Part shown: positions 23,345-28,323 of the stretch, in pieces
How positions within the stretch are numbered: position 1 is the first letter of the stretch
Layout of the letters: each line of letters opens with the position of its first letter
From: Bugula neritina
Taxonomy: Eukaryota > Animalia > Bryozoa
NCBI GenBank assembly: GCA_964035545.1
Contig: CAXIUT010000117.1
Location: 1-28,323, forward strand
Direction of reading: 5' to 3'
Length of the DNA stretch: 28,323 nt
Notes under the pieces: generated by a model
The model's input: only the letters and a program-made list of their open reading frames with translations
Told to the model about the DNA's origin: nothing
The model's database searches: none
Position numbers and translations under genes: made by a program

Positions 23345-23743
23345 TCAAAAAGGAGCAGTATTTGCATACGTAAAATATAGAATATTATCCTCTTCTTTAT
23401 GTTATTTCCAAAAATGTCCTATTTTCTCTCGAAAAGCCGTTATCAACTTATTATTACAAAACAAATAAGTACTCTGATCTGTCCCTTTCGTTATTTTAGC
23501 AATGACTCTTGTGTGAATAGTTGCAGATATGTATGCCATTTAGTATGTTGTAGGGACAATGATATTGAGGTAGGGAGGGTTATTGATGTGACAGTGTTTA
23601 GGATGAGGTTCACATCTAACTAAAATTTGATTATGAGATTTGCTATGCTACATTTTTTGTTGGGCAAATTTTGTTCTCAGTTATAGATCGGGATAAATCT
23701 ATTTAAGAGGACGAGTTTTCAGTAACTTGTCATTATCTTACAT
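23345..23743 (-). CDS. Divergent ATG8/ATG12-family ubiquitin-like protein (132 aa), with no C-terminal Gly as sequenced
   Basis: LKEIYPDLELRTKFAQQ..ILVRCEPHP..IIVPTTYEMAYISATIHTRV..TYLFCNNKL..IGHFWKEHKEEDNILYFTYANTAPF follows the ATG8 pattern (LFVNN..MG.LYEEHKDEDGFLY.TYSGENTFG). Confidence 0.85.
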
Positions 23744-23847
23744 ATTTGCTTTGTTATTATGAGATTTAATTATAATCATAGTTTAGAAGTAACAAAATCA
23801 AATCAACTTTGATTCAACTTATTAATATAAAAATTAGATAAGAATAG

Positions 23848-25221
23848 ATGGAAGTATCTTTGAATAAAGCAACCATTTAGTTCTGCACAATTCCTGCTTT
23901 CGGTCATGCTATTCCACTCTGCAGAATCATAGAAATTCTTAAATAAAAAAACCCTCACTTTGATATTACTCTACACTCAAGCAAATATTTTATCGATAAT
24001 TTAAAAAATAAATATCCAAACATCGACATGATTGCCATTGAAGATGGACTAACTCTGTAACAATATAGAAAATAATCAGGCTAAAAATCTCTATCCTAAT
24101 TTTTTTTCCCTCTTCACTAAAAACATTTCTAAAACAAAACAAACAAACCAGATCTCATGATCTGTGATCTCTTTTCATATCAAGCCATAAAATATGCACT
24201 AAAAAACAACATTAAATTTATTATCAATAGTGTGCTACCCTATGAACATTTAACAAATTTATTTGGATTTGCTAATCTTTAAAGAAGCTGGGGTCTTGCA
24301 GGTTTAACTATCCTTCATAACAAAACACCATCATAGTATCATCACAAGCAAATGGAACCTCTTCAGAAACTTATTCAATCTAACTATAGATTAATAATCA
24401 ATTCAGTTATTGGCATAGAAAAACCAATTATCATGCCTCCTCATCACTCGCTAACTGGCATACTATCCAATCGTTCGAATAAATTTCTTTCTCCACTAAA
24501 TTAAGATCTTATTAAATGGATTGATGGTTGGAAAAAAAAAGAAAAAAAGAAATTTTTATTTATTTCTTTTGGAACTGAACTTAGACCTCAAGAATAAATC
24601 ACTTTAAAAATCAAAAAAGCCATATAAATAATGTAGTATCCAACTATTTGGCGTCTTTAAAATGATTTTGATGGAAAAGTTTAATCATAACACATCTTTC
24701 ATCAAAAATGGCTTCCACAGTAAACTATTCTAGCATTGCCTGAAGTCAGATGCTTTTTAAGTCACTGTGGATGGGGATCAACAACTGAAGCTATTATATC
24801 TCAAACTCCTATTGTAGGAATTCCATTTTTCGGAGATCAACCCTTCAACGCTGCTTTGATTGAAGAAAAAGGAGTAGGGGTTCAACTATATAATCCTGGA
24901 AACAATCGATTTAACATTTTTAATCCATAAATTTACGTATAGGAAATAGTGAATGCAATAGTAAGGGTAATGTAAGATGATAGTTTCCTTATAAATATAA
25001 CAAAGATGAGTAAAATATCTAAAGCTTATAAAACAGATTAAATTGTGAATGATATCGTGACAAATACTTTAGATTTTGGCTATGAACATCTAATTGATAA
25101 AAATTACTAAAAAATACCAACTAGAAAATCAAACTTCACGATACTTAAAATAATAGTGATTATTGTCTTATTTTTGATTTTCAAAGGATATTTTAAAAGA
25201 TCTATCCTTTCTGATTTATGA
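23848..25221 (+). CDS. UDP-glycosyltransferase, GT1 family (457 aa)
   Basis: N-terminal PAFGHAIP (catalytic His), PDLMICDLF, FISFGT, signature WLPQETILALPEVRCFLSHCGWGSTTEAIISQTPIVGIPFFGDQ, and a C-terminal hydrophobic helix. Confidence 0.95.
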
Positions 25222-25553
25222 TAAAACTTGTTATTTTTATTGTTAAAATAATATGAATTAAATAAATAATAAGATTTGAAAATAAAGTTATATTTGAATC
25301 AATATTGTTCAGACAAGATTATATTTGATTTATTTTTAAATAAACTTAGCAATTCATAAAAAACAGTAAAAAGACAGTTAATTTTTTTATTAGTTATTTC
25401 TTTAAAATAACTAATTCTTGAATCTTAAATCATCATTTCTGATCAATTTTTAATTAAATCAATCTTCAGATAATTAATTTTTATCATGAGAAGAATATCA
25501 CTTTATTTACATTCTTATACTCTCAAATCAACTTCATAATATATATTTCAATT

Positions 25554-26431
25554 ATGAACACAGGAATAACCCGCATGTACGAGGGACTTTTCGATTAAAG
25601 AGCTATTTATCTTTCCGACTACTAATCTGCCAGTGACCTAGAACTCCTAAAAAGTACTTTTTATCTCAAAAAGGTCTCAATATCACAGCCGTCCTTTCTG
25701 TTGCCAAATAATTCAAAACTAAATATCCAACTTCAATAGTTTCATCGCATTTAGTTTTACCAGCTATTGATAATGCAGAATATAACATAGAATCTATCTT
25801 CAACTAAACCTATTAGTTTATTGAAAAAGAACATCGCAAAACAAATGTTCTTATTCATTGTGCAGTTGGGGTTAGTCGAAGTGCTACTGTCTTTATTGCA
25901 TATCTGATAAGAAAACATGGGTTTAGCCTCTCTTCTGCCTTCATGAATGCGAAACGCAGAAGACCTATCGTAGATTATTGAAAAATTTAGATAAATCCCA
26001 ACAAAGGTTTTATGTAAGCTCTCGAAAGGCATAGTAAAAAGTATGCTTTAGAAAATAATGTCTTTGAAAAAGATAATAAAGAACGACATTCTGTTCAAAA
26101 AAGAAAAAATATCAGCTTAAAAAAGAAATTATCTTTGAATTAAAATAACACTATCAAACAACGATAAAATAGTAATGGAAAATAAAAATCATCTACAACT
26201 GCTGAATAGAAAAAAGAACAAACAAAAAATGAAGTTCATTTGACTCAAGTTCTTGAACAAAAAAGAAAAATATAAGATAAATTACAATAACTTCAATCTT
26301 TTTATAAATAAAAATCCAATCGATAAAAACTAACTTTAGTGAAGTTTAATTCATGTTTTTAATCTAGAAAAAAAGAAACAAAGAAATAAACATTATAAAA
26401 TTTTCCAAAAAATCAATCAGCACAGCTGTGA
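25554..26431 (+). CDS. Dual-specificity protein phosphatase (278 aa)
   Basis: VLIHCAVGVSRSATVFIAYLI and RRPI|INPNKGF after removing introns 25654-25673 and 25970-25990. Charged low-complexity tail. Confidence 0.93.
25654..25673 (+). other. 20-nt spliceosomal intron (DUSP)
   Basis: gtactttttatctcaaaaag. Removal gives DLELLKSLNITAVLSVA, a typical DUSP motif. Confidence 0.9.
25970..25990 (+). other. 21-nt spliceosomal intron containing an in-frame TGA (DUSP)
   Basis: gtagattattgaaaaatttag. Removal gives RRPIINPNKGF. Confidence 0.9.
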
Positions 26432-26487
26432 TAATAATGTAATCATATAAATTCTCTTTTTAAATAATTATTAACTTTTATATTTTA

Positions 26488-27210
26488 TCATTCTTCTACT
26501 TATATTTCATAAACCTTAGCTGGATTTACTAGTTTATAGCTGAAATTAGCTGAAGATGCATTATGGAATATGATACCATCTTTTTATAATTATCCATAAC
26601 CTTCATGAATATGTCCAAAAACATGCAATTTAGGCTTTATTGCCATCACTCGCTACAGTAAATGCCTACAACCTGCATTTATATTTTGAATAGTTTTATC
26701 CAAAATGCCATAAGGAGGTCCATGGGTTACCAACACGTCTGTTTTCTAAGGAATCATACTCCATAACCTCTAGCCATCTTTCTAAGTGTGCATAAATCCC
26801 CAATCATAAAACTAAAGAGAATACGGAGAACCAAATATTTTAACCCCTTAAATTTCTACAGCTTAATGTTCTAGATAGGTGCATATAGATTTTAATTATG
26901 CTATTTATTTTTAAGTATCAACTGGATTTCCTCCAAAAGCGATATGTTTATTTTGTTTAAGTCCCTTTTCATAGGACAATTTATCCAAAGCAAAATCATG
27001 ATTACCAGCAATGACTACTTTATGTTTATAAGGAAGTAATTTAAGAAACTATTTAAACCGATTATGTTCTGCTTGGGTTGATATTTTAGTGAAATCTCCA
27101 GCATGAATAAAGATATCTGCCTTGGGAAGATCTTTAATATTGATACGATGGTGAAGATCATGAGTATCAGACATAGTAAGAATACGAACTTTCTTTTTAT
27201 TTACCTACAT
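26488..27210 (-). CDS. Metallophosphoesterase, MPPED/239FB-like, copy 1 (240 aa)
   Basis: MSDTH, FIHAGDFT, IAGNHD, LVTHGPP, FGHIHEGYG, NAS motifs. Confidence 0.95.
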
Positions 27211-27284
27211 AATTATCTTTATATCTTTTATATAAAAGAACAAATATTATAAACTATAAAGTATGCAAATAAATGACGGAAAGA

Positions 27285-28007
27285 TCAATTTTTAACTTCA
27301 ATTTAAAAGGTTTTTGGATTATTGACTAACTAATAAGCGGAATTAGTTGAAGATGCATTATGAAAAGTTATTCCATTTTGAAATGACACTCCATGAGCTC
27401 CATGAATATGTCCAAATATGTGTAATTTAGGTTGTATTTTCATAACTTTTTATAGTAATTTAGGACAGCCAACATGTTATTTCTTACTAGTAAGATCTAA
27501 AATTCCAAAAGGAGGAGTATGTGTGATCAAAATATCAGTTTTAGAAGGTATTGCACTCCATAATTTTTAGGCCTAGTTTTAAGAGTACATAAAACCCCAA
27601 TCATAAAACTCAGGAGAATATGGAGATCCAAATATTTTAAGTCCTTCTACATCTATAGCTTAATGTTCTAAATATGTGCATACTGATTTTAATTTATTGA
27701 TTTATTCTTCACTATTCAACCCCTTTTCACCATTACTCAGATGCTTTCTTTTCCTCAATGACTTCTAATAAGAAAATCTATCCAAAGCGAAATCATGATT
27801 ACCGGCTACAACTATTTTATGTTTATATGGCAACATTTTGAGAAATTATCTAAAAGAAGCAAGTTCTGCTTATTTTGAAAACATCGTGAAATCACCTGAA
27901 TGAATAAAGATATCAGCAGGTGGTAAAGTCTTTATATTTATTTTTGATTAAAGGGAATGAGTGTCAGACATTGCTACTATCCTGACTATCTTTTTATTTT
28001 ACTGCAT
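27285..28007 (-). CDS. Metallophosphoesterase, MPPED/239FB-like, copy 2 (240 aa), tandem paralog
   Basis: MSDTH, FIHSGDFT, VAGNHD, LITHTPP, FGHIHGAHG. Same length (723 nt) as copy 1 and collinear with it. Confidence 0.95.
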
Positions 28008-28047
28008 TAATAATCTAAATAATACTTTTATTATTAATTTTCACTAA

Positions 28048-28323
28048 TCAATTTTTCCATAATTTTTCAGGAATTTAGTAATCAAGAGCAAAATTCAATT
28101 GTTTGCCTGATATGTGCATTTTCCCTTAGAAGCTATAGATATAGTTCAGAGGAACACTGCAAATTGAGAAAGAAGGGTCGAATACAAATGTCTTATTCGA
28201 TGGTTTATATCTGATTTCAAGCCAGGTATGATCTTCAACATTGACTTTTGGTTTTCCATTCCAATCTGCAAGTGGATTTCCTTGTTAATCAAGTTCTCTT
28301 CCAGTTTTAAAGAAAGACCCTGC
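28048..28323 (-). CDS. C-terminal part of a possible transglutaminase-like protein (runs off the window)
   Basis: Open frame ...EDHTWLEIRYKPSNKTFVFDPSF...LWKN-TGA. The HxWxE...DP spacing matches the transglutaminase-like His/Asp motif. The catalytic Cys would lie outside the window. Confidence 0.55.

Noticed and set aside
22255-23350. Programmed +1 frameshifting at TTT-TGA (Sec8-like and ATG8-like stops)
   Set aside because: The shifted frames either stop quickly or give no family-like sequence.
601-26032. Short ORFs in the supplied track (e.g. 601-816, 6569-6847, 8487-8732, 14501-14806, 18927-19244, 23399-23623, 25757-26032)
   Set aside because: They were computed with the wrong genetic code. 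They are antisense or off-frame shadows, or fragments of the longer genes annotated here.
1-28323. tRNA, rRNA, transposon, IES or prokaryotic defence systems
   Set aside because: No recognisable structural RNA, terminal inverted repeats, transposase or cas motifs were seen by eye, and nearly all of the sequence is explained by host genes. A tRNAscan or Rfam run on the larger spacers (14865-15135, 25222-25553) would settle this.

Overview
This is AT-rich, gene-dense eukaryotic DNA that looks like a ciliate somatic (macronuclear) sequence. It starts with a (CCCCAA)n telomere. The supplied ORF track is misleading because TAA and TAG are sense codons read as Glu, and TGA is the only stop. This is the peritrich-type nuclear code (NCBI table 30), shown by invariant Glu positions in myosin, GDPD, a SNARE and two paralogous phosphoesterases. 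Re-read by hand in that code, the window holds about 20 tightly packed genes: two TPR proteins, a tetraspanin-like protein, condensin kleisin CAP-H, an MFS transporter, a MyTH4-FERM myosin, GT90 and GT1 glycosyltransferases, GDPD, a Sec8-like protein, a syntaxin, an ATG8-like protein, a DUSP, tandem metallophosphoesterases and several hypotheticals. Introns are mostly 20 nt. Main points of interest: (1) a second, oppositely oriented telomere tract at 8310-8385 closes an 8.4-kb telomere-to-telomere unit whose ends appear to cut into genes, and it is fused to a 5'-truncated MFS gene; (2) 18 of 19 gene-terminating stops are TGA-T; (3) the one exception is an ATG8-like gene with TGA exactly where the lipidation Gly should be. 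The segment 1-8385 carries many single-base indels while the rest is frame-clean, so gene models there are approximate and the junction may be a chimera. All annotation is manual, with no database searches.
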